A stretch of DNA of 64,000 bases from Paraspadella gotoi (taxonomy: Eukaryota; Animalia; Chaetognatha): positions 10,911,045 through 10,975,044 of the forward strand of contig CM119267.1 in the NCBI GenBank assembly GCA_051294375.1. Direction: 5' to 3'. Shown here in pieces: positions 1 through 53,821 of this stretch. Position 1 is the stretch's first letter. Each line of letters opens with the position of its first letter. The position numbers and the translations under genes are program-made. The notes below the pieces were generated by a model. It did no database searches. It had not been told where the DNA came from and worked only from the letters and a program-made list of their open reading frames with translations.

Positions 1-58
<58 letters not shown>

Positions 59-595
59 GTCGCGCCTTCAATCCCCACCCCCTCTCCCTCTCACCCTCTG
101 TTTCCGTTTGATGATGAACGCGACGACGGTGGCGCATGGGTTTTGTCCCTCAAAATCACGTGACCGTTTCTCACACAAATTCGTTCACGGCCTCTCTTAA
201 TGATTCCGAATGCCACAACCCTAATTGTGCCATTGCTCAAAACCACTTTCCCTCCCCACCCCGATATCCGGTCACTCAATCACCTCCTTTCCCCCCCCCA
301 TAATTTCGCCCCCCTTTTTTTTTTCCCGCGCAATAACCGTTTGACCTTTTTTTCCCTCTTTGATGATCCACTTTACGGAACGTTTCCATCGATTAACCTC
401 ACCCTGCGCCATCGCGCCGCTGATGACCGCCCATTTACCTGAAACCGTTTAAAACGATCGACCGACCCTTACCCTTTCAACTTACCCGCAGCCACTCCCC
501 TGCCCGATTCGCCACCTCAGTTTCCTTAAACTTGTCCACATCCAAACGTAACCCTCTAGCTCCTCAATCCCCGAAGCCCCCCGTCGAACCCCCAG

Positions 596-36624
<36,029 letters not shown>

Positions 36625-37884
36625 ATTGTTTACGATTTACTTTTTTTTTTCCTAAATGTTAACGAATGTATCATACGCTTTAAAACTATAGAAAGTATGT
36701 TTGCTCGATGTTGTCGCTCGTTTGTAATTTTTGTTTGTTTGTTTGTTTGTTTTTTTTTTCGTGATGCTATTTCCTTTTTATTAACTTCGACTCATCACAG
36801 TTTCTTGAAACTCTGTGCGCACCGTGTGTATTGGAGAATGCTTTTTTTTTTCTGCAGAAAGACTTAAGGGTAGACTTCGACGGGTTTAATACATCCCAAT
36901 TTCATTCTTTTTACCAGTTTAACCTTTGTAGAAATAATCAATAATTATTAGAAATCTCTTTTAAATAAAGTTGTATTCTTTCGGGACTTTTTTTTATACT
37001 TAAATACAGTGTCGAATCGGAAAATCCGGTTAAATTTAGACTGTAGTGGGTAGACAACGATTAGAATTTAAGAAAAAAAGCTGATTCATCAAATGATATT
37101 ATTTTTTTTAGTTCGCAATTAAGCAAGAGAAAAATAGATGTGTATTGATTGTTTTAGTTAACGAGTAATCCAATAACATCATTCTTAATTAATAATAAAT
37201 AAATAAGCTTATTGAAATAAACCGTGATGTTATTATATAATTATTTAATAGGTAATTTAAATTCGAGCTGGAGTGTACTATATCATATACAATTAGTGTA
37301 GTTTGCTTGGCCATCTATTGTATATATTAACGTTTTCGATCCGCGTGAATCTACTTTTAGCCTGGATAATAGTTTCGACCCTGTGATAGAAAATCCCGAG
37401 TCTCGATACACACGTCATAGACGACGACTTTGCACTTCTTTCCTCAACGAGGAATTGAGTTGAAAAAATAAGGTTTGTCTAGCTTTTTAGCTAACCGTAA
37501 CAAGCGCCCAGTGTAACAGCGCTAACTCCGTCATTTTTTTTTTGTGGTGACATCTGTGTAATTTGACCTACCTCGATGCCCTTTCGCCGCTTTAAATTCA
37601 TCATAACCTAAATTTTTAACAAATACAATTCCCATCAAGGAGCGGTGTCAGTTTTCTTTTTATTCCCTCGGTCATTGTCCCCCCCCCCAGAGATATATGA
37701 AACGATCTTTGCTTTCCCTATTGTATTGTGAACGAGTCAAGAGTTGATGCATATCTATGATTTTAAAAACGCGACGACGAAAACTAAAAAAAATTTCATT
37801 TAAATTTTTTTTTCCCGCCAATTGCCTTACACTTTTTTTTTTTATTCCTCCCCTCCCTCGTTCCCCCCCTTTGCCTTTGGACAG

Positions 37885-38060
37885 CAATCGCCTCCTCCGC
37901 AATCTCCCTGACCAAGAACATCCAGGAGATCGTCGAGCTGCAGCTCAAAGAGGCCATGCCTTGGACGTGGGGCGGCGCCAGGTCCGCCAAATCCGGGGTC
38001 AAGCCTCGAGCCCCCAACCTGAACCTCGGAGCTCGAACCGCCTCCGCCAGCGCCGATTGA
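37885..38060 (+). CDS. SACS: Candidate alternative terminal exon of the sacsin-like gene (second version of the last HEPN helix plus a tail)
   Basis: Pyrimidine-rich acceptor (ccccctttgcctttggacag). Phase 1 fits the donor at 36089. Reads AIASSAISLTKNIQEIVELQLKEAMPWTWGGARSAKSGVKPRAPNLNLGARTASASAD*, which aligns with GMANMAIDVTKNIINVV. GC-rich third codon positions. Confidence 0.72.
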
Positions 38061-39328
38061 TTGATTTTTTTTTTTTTCCGGTCGCGAAAATGGCGCCGAA
38101 ATGACCCGAAAGAAAAGGAGAGATCGGCTTTTTTTTTTGCGCGCGCGCGAACATGCAACTAGAAAAAATGTAATTCTTTCGCCTTACTTTCTGTTTTATT
38201 ACGGTTTAGCTTTTTTATATTATTTGAAACGAAATATTATACTTATTATTGTCGTTATCATGACACAAGTATCCTCGTAGATTTACGAACACAGATACCG
38301 CTTTAACTGCTAAAGTGCATGGATTTACTTAGCGTAACATTCTACGATTTTATAAACAACGTTATTTTTTCACGTTCTGCTTTTTATTTTCAAGGCAGCT
38401 TTCAGAATTGAATGTCTGTGATATAATTGCCACGGTAGCTTTTCTTTCTAGTGAATTCCGCAAGATACTACATTAGGAATTCCAAAAATTCTAGACTCAG
38501 ATTAGAAATGGTTATTACGAGTTTTGTTGCTTTACTCTTATATTAGAGCAAAATTCTCTTATATTAGAGCAAATTCCATTCACCCGTTCTCTGTCGCACA
38601 AATCATTATGGAACAGTGTTTATTTTTGAAGAATTATAAGCATTCATGTTTAAAAAAAGATAATTATTTTCTCAAACTTTTGTAGGAAAACGTAGGAACT
38701 TTTTACTTAGATAAAAAAAAATACTATTTGCCATTCATAAGGTTTTCGACGCAGACAAAGACTAGCGTTTTTCAGACATGGTCCTTGTTTAAGTATAACG
38801 AAGTCTTTTGAACCGGAAACCAAATTTGGTGACGCCGGGTCGCACATTGCCCGAAGATTAGCCTCGACGACAACGGCAATAGAGATGCGGTCGACCCCAT
38901 TCTTGTAAATCTCGTGACCACGCCCAACGACGTCGCGAATCTCGATCCTTCTTCGCCCTTTGTTTTCTCGGGCGAAAAAGAAACCCATTTCTGTTGCGTC
39001 CGACGACCCGAAAAAGTTAAGATCGACGGAAACGCGATGCGCCGCCGCCGCGGATGGCCGGGGAGGCTTTGGTTCCCGCCGTATAGGGGGAGTGTTCTTG
39101 TCTTGTTTATACTTATAGGGTGAAAAAAGAAATGAAAAAAGTGATTGGATTGTGTGAGGGTTTAAACATGTATTCAATTCTTATCATTGATTAGAATGTG
39201 TTGTACGAATTGCACGCAGTAAAACAATTAACAATTGTATTTAAACATATAAGGAAATTCTTTGATATATTTTACCAAGTCATTGATAGGGAACCCAGGT
39301 ACTCTGGGATTGAATATACTACTGTAAG

Positions 39329-39481
39329 AGAGTCTTGATTGAAAGCTTGCTTTGTCCTGCTATGTTATTATCTTCAAAGAGGGATGGGGCCTTAACCCAA
39401 GAGAGCATGTCCTACTCTTGGAGCAAGGTAACTTATTTAATAAATGAATGGATAATGTTTATATTGGCTGTACTAATTTCA
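39329..39481. repeat. Diverged dispersed repeat of about 150 bp; second copy 47922-48073
   Basis: Shared gagtcttg, cctgctatgt.attatctt and cttattta.taaatgaatggataat.tttatattgg.tgta..aatttca. Confidence 0.8.
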
Positions 39482-41141
39482 CAAGATATATTATTGACAC
39501 ATCAAGTAGAGACGGTAGTCCGATAATAGTCACCAATAATGAACGATAACGATCCCCGACACGTTTTATAATTTTAAACGTGAAAAACCGACACATTCCC
39601 ATCAGAAAATAGAGCTTTGTCGTCCCCCGTGATTCCACGTGATTGGGTGATTTGGATCGGGAACATCTGTCCCTTGATGCGACCATCTGAAGCATCGTTT
39701 GTGGCGAATTCCGTGTTTGGAAAAAATCGCATCTGGCGCAGCAAGATTCATGGCACTTGGCACCTTTTATGACTCCGAAAGCAACGAAGGTTTGAACACT
39801 TATTGTAATGATTTTTTTTTTTCGTTTTGGTTCGTCATTCTGACATTATCCTTTAGACGTATGACTGTGATTGTGAATGATAAAAATGGGCTCGGAACTC
39901 CTGAAAGAGAGAGCTTCACCCAATGTTAAAATATTTTCGCGTCTTTGCACCGTTTCGTTTTTTTTTTTCGCAAAGTTGTGGCTTCGTCACCCCTTTTTCA
40001 AGGGTCGCCCGTATGAAACGTGGGTTGGGAACGGAAGAAAGTTAGTTGTGACCCCACGGCCGGTGACCTCTCTCGGAAAAAACGTAACAAACTGAAATTT
40101 CCTTAAATTTCGTCTCAAACAAACAAACAAACAAACTGGTACCTCGGAGGGGAGAGGAACGACGGAAAAGTGACTCCTATGTGCGAATGAAAGGAAAGAT
40201 TGTCGGGTCAATTACGGATGTTGTCCAGGGGCTTAAGCTTTGCTCTAAATCTAACGCCAAAACACCATCGTTACCTCCTGTTAAACGATCCAACAATTGG
40301 AACAATTGCGAGACCAAGTATCGCTGGGCTAATTCTTGATGCGGTGTACGCCCCCGTCCCGTACTTATACTTATAATTGTAATTGTACTTTTGTCTTGTA
40401 CTTCTATCGATATTTAAGAATAAAGACCAAGTCGTGGCATGCAGCTGCGGTGGGGTCAATGTGACAATGGGTGTTGCCGTAAAGTGGTTGAGACGGATGC
40501 GTCGAATTCCTGAAATAGAGACGCCGCTACTCGATTCACTTTTGTCCTGCGCCTTAGCAGAATTCGCAAGAGGGCGTGAAAAGGCTGCTTTCCACCTGAG
40601 CATCGGAAACTCGGCGCCCGACGAGACGATAACGTTGTAAACAACGACTAACCTTAATGCGGAAATCATGGTTAATCCTAAGCCTTTTACTTTTTTCTTT
40701 CTCTTTCTTTAGATCAAGTATCGGCGCAAATCTCACAATTCTTCCCTTCCTCAAAATCTTATGGTCTCGTTAGAGATCTAAGATTCAAGCCACCGCAGAC
40801 CCTTGGAGACTAGACATGGAGAGACTAAACATTTTTTTACATCGATGTTGACATACTCGAAAATAGTGTTAAATTCCAAAGAGAATTTATTTCGAAATCT
40901 CAGAACCTCATCCTCAGGGATAGTGTCACGAAGTATCGGTATTTGATTTTCTTACACAGTCAGAGAAAAACATATATATTTTTTAAAAAATTGTTTCTAA
41001 AATTTTCGATAAATGTAAATTCGGTTTGCTTTTATAGATTTTTTTGTTTCCGCCCTGCGCGTCTTTCATTAGGTTAAAAAAAAAGCTTCAAATATTTAAG
41101 AGTTAACTAGATATTAACCTCGTTTTTAAAAAAGAAACTAC

Positions 41142-41698
41142 CATCTAGGCAAAAAGTATATCACAATTGTTAAAACGTTCATTTATTAAATAAAAAATAT
41201 ATAAAACATGGATAAAACATGCTCAATATTTTATATGCCTTCCCTCGACTTTGACGACTGAGGGCATTTGTGATTCTTGGTCTTCTAGAGCGAGGAGCCA
41301 AGGCAAATGGTTTTGATTTGTTGTATCGCATTCGCAGTAATAATTTTGCAACGGTAAGTCTATTGGTGATAGATTATATTCTCTTTTTAAAGAGCTACAA
41401 TGGCAAACCTTTTAATGCCACCTTATGAACCAAAGAGAGGTGCAGTGCCTTTAACATAACCAACAAATAACTTAATACCGAAAATGGTATAATTTTGTTC
41501 GCTATTTCTATAACGATTGAAGCTATTAAAAAGGAAATTTAATGGAAATTTGTAAAATTCGTAAAACCCACAAAAAAAGTCTTATCTAAATTTAATGTAA
41601 ATTTTGAAATTTTCTGATTTCTTTGAAATCGAATAATTTTTTGAGAAGTTAATAGTTATCCTCCACAAAAAAAATGTGATATACTTTTTGCCTAGATG
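41142..41698 (-). mobile_element. Tc1/mariner deletion derivative (MITE-like)
   Basis: Perfect 24-bp TIRs catctaggcaaaaagtatatcaca (41142-41165) and its reverse complement (41675-41698). Minus strand 41223-41267 reads MPSVVKVEGRHIKY*, resembling the Tc1 transposase C-terminus (AVIKAKGGHTKY*). Confidence 0.8.
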
Positions 41699-44600
41699 AT
41701 GCAATGGATTTAATGTTATGACCACTAACAGTTTAGAGATGGGTTTAAAACCCGATTATTTTATTTAAAATTCCATTTGATAACAATGAGTCTTTAAAAC
41801 TTTAGCAGCTACATAAAATGGTGCCAACTTTCCCGAGGCCGTAAATCTTTGTGGCGCCAGTAAATTATGTCAAAGCCATGGCGCGTCTTCGTAATCACTT
41901 CGCAGCGTTGTCGAGTTGACGACGACGACGACGACAACTTTTGCTTTTAGTTTCCTCTCCAATCAACGCGTCTCGATTAGTTTCTCCTCCTCTTTCGTTT
42001 TCTCCCTCCGCCGATCTTTTCACCCGAATTATGAGACGGATGAANNNNNNNNNNGTAATTTTACTCAAAGGAAGTGACTAAGACTGAAGCTTATGGCACA
42101 ATACGCAGTTCGGATGAGCGTGAAATTAGAAAAAACGGGGTTTTTCACTGTTTCAAGAATTCGGTTTAAGAATTGCCTCAGATTTTTAAATGATAATTTA
42201 TTTATAAAATTCCTTTCACCCCTCAACTCATCCACTTTTACGCACCTAGTTTTTGTCCTGGCGTGGACGTTGACTCACCTGACAACTCCCCCCTCTCTCT
42301 TACCAGCTTCTATCTCCACCTCAGGCCCCCGGCAAACGAGCGCGGTCCCTACTTCCCGCGACGCGACTTGACGCCGTGAGCGCCGATGCGCGCTGCCGTA
42401 GGCGACGAAGACGCGCATCATTCTCTCCTCCCGCGTTCGGCGCCGATGAATCCGCGCCGCACTTTTTCAACTTTTTCCATCGCTGCGATCGAAAAATTGA
42501 CGAAACAAAAAGGGGAAAAAAAAAACAAAAAACAAAACAATAAATACAAAGTAAATAACATAAAATATCCAAAAATAAATTGCAAATTATTTTTTTTTTT
42601 TATTGAAAATAATTTTTTTGTTCTCGGTACATTCCGCCTTCGATATTGACGAAGCTTGTCGCTATTCTATTTTATACAAATAATTTGCTTTTATTGATTA
42701 AGGAGTTTCGGCAGATCAAACCAAGGAAGACGATGAATAGAAACTGATTCAGGTCAGCTATCAGAATCATGCCTCTCAAAATTCGGATTAATTTCCCATT
42801 TATCTTTTTTTTTCTATTCTGGTTTAAACTCCGTACGTCTGAAAACAGTTTTTATTCGTTTTATGTGAAACAAATGAAATTGTTTTTAATATGCACGAAT
42901 AAAAAATGTTCTCTGGAATTATAAGTGGGGTGATGACTGTGGGGAGATCACTGATCAGTCCTTTTAATATTACGAACAAATTATCTCTGAACCAAGGGAA
43001 AGTGTTTGATTAAAGTTCAATTAACTATTGTCAACAAGAGGACATCTGTCATTGAGTCTTGAGACGCTTTGAGGCAATTTCCTTGTTGGAGAGCAAGAAG
43101 AATTGGATTGAATTCAAATTTGGCGATTGGATGACGCCATTCCATTTTAGTTCCGAACTAGAATGGAAGACGAGATTCCTTTCTCAGCTACCGCCCCATT
43201 CTCTCCAACCTCTGATTCGTGAGAGCTCGTGTTTACAAGAGAAAAGATTTTGATTAATGCAGATTCGACGTGGCAAATCCATGATGACCTTTCGAGCTCG
43301 AGATGTCATTTTGATAATTGGATTCTTGCTTTCGTCATCGCCAGAGGCACGCCGGTTCTGTCGGGGCAACCAAGGTGCCATATTCACGCCATCTCTCGAT
43401 AAATTTTGGAGGGCGATGATGGCAATGAAAACCAAAGATCCAAGGCGAATTAGTTGTTAGAAATAGAGAAACTCTGATTTGGCTTAAATTGCTTTTGGTA
43501 CCAGAGAGTGTCTCTTGGATTTACCTGGATTCCACGATTCTCAACCCTTAGGCAAGAGTTACTCTATTCGTCTCTCTTACCTCTCTTTGTGGATCTGAGT
43601 TCAGACATTTTCACGAATATCTTTAGGTTAATACGTATTTCATAAATGCCTACGGAAGAATCTTCTTTACTGAGAATTCCTACATGTGTTCGCAGTTTGA
43701 GTCTTCGAGAAAATCGATTCCGAATTGCGGTTCTTTGCGCAGACGGAAAATAAGAAGAAAAAATGGCGGTAATCGGATGAGAGCTCGTCGTTCATTAGCT
43801 CATCAGAGTGCGTGACGAGATTGTGAAACGAGGCGGGATCGTAAGCAATTCGCCATTGAACTTGCTATATATTGTATTTGAGGGCAACTTAGCAAAGTTC
43901 GGTAATGTCTTTTTAAAGTTTTTAATACTGCTTCCTTTCGATTTTCGTCTGATTAGCGAAAAATCATGGAGTGCGTAGGAGATAGGCGGACGGAGGAAGG
44001 AGCAGGGCGTTAACCTGGAGGTCTTTTTGATAAATCATGCAGTGTTGAACGGAGCCAGATCGAGGAGAATGACATCTGGGAATATCGCACGTTTTCCCAC
44101 GCTCACTGAGGAGTGAGGACTTTACACCTACAATCTTTTGTGGCAATCGCCTTTAAGTCTCTTCTGATAGTTTGAGAACGAAAACCCAGCCCGTTGCCCG
44201 TCCAGTGACATGGTCAAAGCGTAGGATCGTTTAGAACCGCGTTTTGCTTTAGAGCGTGAAGTGACTGAGAGGGTTCTCCATGCCTCTCTGTGAGTGTGGA
44301 TAATCCCCACACATTGCGGCCCAGTGGGTCTAGGAGATTTTTCCGTCAGTTGCCTTTCTTTCTGGAACTTCAGATTCGGGGGTAGGCTGTATAGTGGATC
44401 CCTCTTTTGCAAGGTCCGTTCCGACCAGGGCAAGAACCCAGGACCATTGGGTTCGGAGACGAAGCGTTAGCCCAGTGCGCTATTACGGCGCTGATGGAAG
44501 GAATAGTTGTATCCAACGGGTAGTGATATTGCATCACTCTACTATAAACTCTGGTATTATGGACGATAACCTTACGTGGCCGAACAAATGAAGCGTTTCA

Positions 44601-45094
44601 AGTCCTCGTCCAATTCGTCACCAAAATGTCAAAGTGGTGCACTAAAACCGTCAAAACGATCGCGTCACCAACATTCAAAAATATTGCGCCAAAAGGATTT
44701 AGTCAATGTCACATTTCAAACACTCAACGTTCGAAGTTGGGATTAGGAGCTCTTTTTTTTTCGTTACTCGTTAGATTGATTAATTAGAAAATCTGTTTGG
44801 CTTACTTTATGTCTACATAAAAAAGCTATCATGCTCGTTGTTCTTTTGTTTTTCAAATTGTAGATCAACAGCAACCTTGCCTCAACAGCAACCTCGCCTC
44901 GTCCAATCATCGCGGCAGAGGAAATTTTAAAAATGAGGACAAATTAATAAAGAAAAAAAAATTAACCAAGAGAATTCCCAAACCGAATCTCCCGTATTTC
45001 TAACCCCATCGAACCTTAGGGATCCCCAATGGCTCGCCGCTGCCCTCCCAACCATGTCCCTTAGGAACCGACGCCTTTCACGCCACATCCATCT

Positions 45095-45199
<105 letters not shown>

Positions 45200-45494
45200 C
45201 CCTTTGCGCCGGGTTTTTTTTTTTCCATTTTGGTGCGAAGAAAGATTTCTGTCATCCCGTTAACTAAGTGGGCGCCCTGGAGGCGAAGGGGGTTTTCGAG
45301 CGGGTTGAGGGTGGTTGGGTGAACGATTGCGGGCGAGGCGTTGATTTTGACGTCGTTGGCGTTCCGAGTTGTTTTGACAGGAATGAAAAATTTTCGAGGG
45401 TAGAAATTCTCGGGTTTTGATGAATAGGCTGGGATAATGAGACATCGCACACTATTTATATTATTCTATGAAAGATTCTTTCAATTTTTCTTGT

Positions 45495-45496
45495 TT

Positions 45497-45580
<84 letters not shown>
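45495..45580. repeat. (TTTC)n microsatellite
   Basis: Directly visible. Also (AAT)n at about 1965-1997, (GATT)n at about 51645-51695 and (ccgccgctcca)n at about 4895-4942. Confidence 0.95.
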
Positions 45581-45806
45581 TTTCTTAATTTGTTTCTACA
45601 TTTTAATTTCTACATCTCATTTTTCTTTCACTTTTGTTTTGATCCCTGCGTCTGATGATTCTTGGATGTTAGTGTGATGACGTAAAAAATAAATTAACTG
45701 CAATAATCACTTTTCTATAATTCAAATGGCGCAACCTTTTTGACTATCAAAATTTCCTTAATATCCGATATCTACACGACTCCTTCATCTCTCTCTCTCT
45801 CTCTCT

Positions 45807-45864
<58 letters not shown>

Positions 45865-48823
45865 TTCGCCTTATCTTTCTCTCTCCCTTTTTTTTCACCA
45901 AAATATGGGCCAAACAAGAATCGAAGAAGTTAGACAAATGACAAAATGTTTTGATTCGTATTTTTAAAAAAACCTATCAGTCTCAGCAATTGCTAAGATT
46001 TATTAAGTAACTCTATTATAGGTCAACCAAAATCTGAGCAAATAAATTTAGAACAAATAAAATAGTTCACTTTCCGAACCTACCGTTACAAATATAATTC
46101 AGAAATTGACCAAAATTTTGTTTTAAAAGTGTTACTTTTTTTTCGCTCCCATAAAATTAGAATTTTTGTTGAAACTGTTAAAACAATCGTAAGCATTTAA
46201 ACATTGAATTTTTTAGGTATTTTTTTTTCGGTTTATGATCTCAGGAACACGGCATAAGTCTAATAAATGGCCCTTTTGTTTTTCCGTAATCGGCCAATGG
46301 TGTCGCCTTGTATTTTATTCCCAGGCTCAGGTGCTTCGAGGAAAAAAAAAACCGAGGAAAAAAAAGAGGGTGAGAGAGAGTTTCACCGATGACTCCATCT
46401 GCATATGCAAACTAACTTTCTGGATCACCCATATTTTTTTTCTCTCTCGTTCTCTTCATTCCTTTATCATCGTTTGCTTTATCCCTTTTTTCTCTCTTCT
46501 GCCTTCGACGTAAATCGCGTCTTATCTCCCGTCTCTTTATTGCGGCTCGTGTCTCCCCAATCGAGTAAGCTTGCTTGTTTGACTGGCTTGGTTCGCTAGG
46601 ACTTAAGGAGTTGAGAATAATGTAAAAAGAAATGAATAAAAAATTTGAGGGGAAGCGCAAAAAAAAACAAAGAAAAACAAAAGACTGTGTAGTGTGTTCG
46701 TCCTTGTGTTATGACTTAGAGTGATCGAGGCGCGTAGCTATTACCTTGATGAACGATTCATCAAGCTTTTTTTCTTCAAAAATTTTCTACTTCTTTTTTT
46801 CTTCTTTTTTTTTCAATATTAAACTCCAAAGAAGAATGATCATCGTCGCCCACTTTCCCGGCTTCAACGCGATCAAGTTATCGCGAAAACTTATAAAGTT
46901 TATTTTTATCTACAGAGCCTAGAAACCATACATACTGTGCGATATAATTTATTATATTTATACATGCTTACTTATAACGGAGCAACTCATGGCCTAATTA
47001 ATCTTCGTCGCATTTTCTGTACATCTTCCTCGCCGCTTTTAATCTAAAACGTCACAAAACTTAACTCATTAGTCCGACACCATCTTTATCCCCGAATCAT
47101 CACATTCGAGCGACGATTTACACTTTTTTCCTCCGTTTTTCTCGATCACTTTTGCCGCCTTCGACTTCGTCGCCTTGGACGACCCAATCTCCATCTATCA
47201 TTTCATCCGTCAGTCGCTTCTTCATTGCGAATTCCGCTCGACTCTCTCGGCATCAATGGTCGACATTTGTATTCGGGGATGCAGATGTTCGGCGGCGGCC
47301 GGGAGTTGCCATCTCCCTTATTTTTTTATGTATTTCTCTCGATCCGAAGATTCATCGCTCGAGGGAAAATTAATCGTTCGAAGTCGAATAAACGATTCTA
47401 GAGGTCACCAAGTCCGAATTAGGGCACGAATTTTCGTCGCCCTTTCTCTCTCCTTCATTTTTGTTTTTCTCTTTTCTTTTTTTTTAATTCACCTTACATT
47501 TTTGTTTTCAACTTTAGAATTGGGGTCGTTGGGTATCATAAGTAAAATGTCTCTTCCTTGAACGTTTATTAATTATTAAACAAAAATGTACGAAAATCCG
47601 AATCCGCCATTTCATTTTTAACGCTTATTAAAAACAGATTTGTATTTCATCTTTTAAAATCAACAAGATTTTAAGACGCATTTACATTTACAGTGGCTAC
47701 AATCATGTAGTTTAGATTCAGAAGAAGTATTATTGTCTAATTAATGAAAATTTTATAATGTTAGAATAAAATTTTCTTTAAAATTCAGTTTTGCTCTTGT
47801 CTTAAAAAAAAATAAATAACAACATAACTGCATTTTGTGCTCCACAAAATAACTTTTTTTTCATTACTTTAATTTTATTTTTAGTCTAAAATTGAATAAG
47901 TGAATAAACGAAAGAGTGAAAGAGTCTTGGTTAAAAACTTGAAGAGACCTGCTATGTCATTATCTTGTAAGAGTGATGGAGGCCGTAAACCACCAAAGCC
48001 TGTCCAAAGTCAGGGGCAAGATAGCTTATTTATTAAATGAATGGATAATTTTTATATTGGTTGTAACAATTTCATTTAGATATATAAAAATATATATAGA
48101 TTAAAAACAACTTTGTCTTTGTCGCTTGTCATTTGTTTTTAGTTTCCTATTCACAAGAAGATTATGCTTGCGCATCCATCATGGATGATTCCTACAAAAA
48201 AGACAAAAGGGAAGTTCCAAGTTTAAAACATTACTATAACTATTGATATAGATCTTTTTACCTTAGTTTTTAACCTTATCTTTATGTTCAAAATACTATT
48301 TTTAATGTATACATTAAACAACGAAGTGACAACGTTAATTGTTATCGAGATTTAAATTTAACGTTTATTTAAATTTGACTTTAAAATTAAAATATGTTGA
48401 AACAGCAATGACAAATTTTAAAGAAATTAAAGCAATTATAAATTTTTTTTCCTAAAAACTATTTAATTATATTATTGAACACACAAAAAAAAATACAGAT
48501 TTCTTGGGTTCTAAATTTGTAGATATCGAGAAGATTTGTGAAGTAAAAAGGTTATGAAAACTTGTTTTGCTGGTTTAGCCCATTGGGGTCATTGGGCTTC
48601 ATTTTGAGCACAAAGAAAATTGTTTTCGGCTCACCCAAGCCGCGGGAATAGGCTTTATTCGAATTAAATAATTATCTATAACAATCGTGAATCATAACTT
48701 TAATTTTCCGGCGCCTGATTTCAGCTTTATTTAAAACGAAGTTGATGACTGAAAAAATAATGCTTTACAAAACTACGTTTTAACTCTTGACCGAAAACGA
48801 AACATCGAAAAGACTCCGAAAGA

Positions 48824-53085
<4,262 letters not shown>

Positions 53086-53365
53086 ACCGTAGATATAATT
53101 GAATAAATCAAATCAAATCAGATCAATCAAAATATTCCAATCAATTGATTAACCACGTGGTTAATGCAAATAAAATAAAATCCTTTAATATCCAATTAAA
53201 AAAAAACTGTTTGAAATTACTCTTCTTGACCCAACTTAACCTCGGTTAACTTCACTTCCCGAAAGAGAGAAGAGAAATATCGAGATATATAGAGCATGCT
53301 TACTCTTCTGGGCCCTCGACCTTCCAGCTCTTGGACGGACCGACTACTACAAATAACTCTGGGCT

Positions 53366-53415
<50 letters not shown>

Positions 53416-53709
53416 TCTCATCTCTCTTTCTCTTCCTGGCTTTATCTTCGGCTAGATTGCTTAATGCCTTTTAACACGGCCTCCGATCATTCGTTCGTTG
53501 CGGGCCGCTTCACTCCACACTCCCTCATCCCAGAATTGGTGAAGGGGGTGAGGTGAGGTGAGGGTCGTAAAGGGAGTTAGTTCTTAAATCTCTAGCAGAC
53601 GGACCCTTTTAAAAAGGGGGCAAAGAGTCGGGAAGGAGATACAAATTCATTCCCCCTTTTTTTCCGATTCTTCGTACAATATCAACCCTTACTCTCCCTT
53701 ACCCCGCAG

Positions 53710-53821
53710 ATCGAGAGACTCCCCCACCGCTCTGCCTCCGCCGAACGGTCTTAGCCAAACGCGTATCCGGGCTTCCAATGTCGAGGATGTCCGGATCCGA
53801 AGAGGCAGCACTCATTTGTGA
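53710..53821 (+). CDS. Candidate alternative terminal exon of the PROKR-like GPCR
   Basis: Strong acceptor (cttactctcccttaccccgcag). Phase 2 fits the donor at 52303. Reads KSRDSPTALPPPNGLSQTRIRASNVEDVRIRRGSTHL*. AATAAA at 54391. Confidence 0.5.

Noticed and set aside
415-450. CTGATGA...GAAA hammerhead-like core
   Set aside because: The intervening ccgcccatttacct forms no stem II, and no stem III partner with a cleavage triplet is evident.
38707-40754. CpG-rich ORFs (38707-39177 -, 40271-40669 -, 40383-40640 +)
   Set aside because: No recognisable domain, and no phase-consistent exon chain could be built. A small gene or lncRNA is not excluded.
43184-44591. GC-richer segment with several short ORFs, possibly a decayed retroelement
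   Set aside because: No RT, RNase H or integrase motif in the frames I translated.
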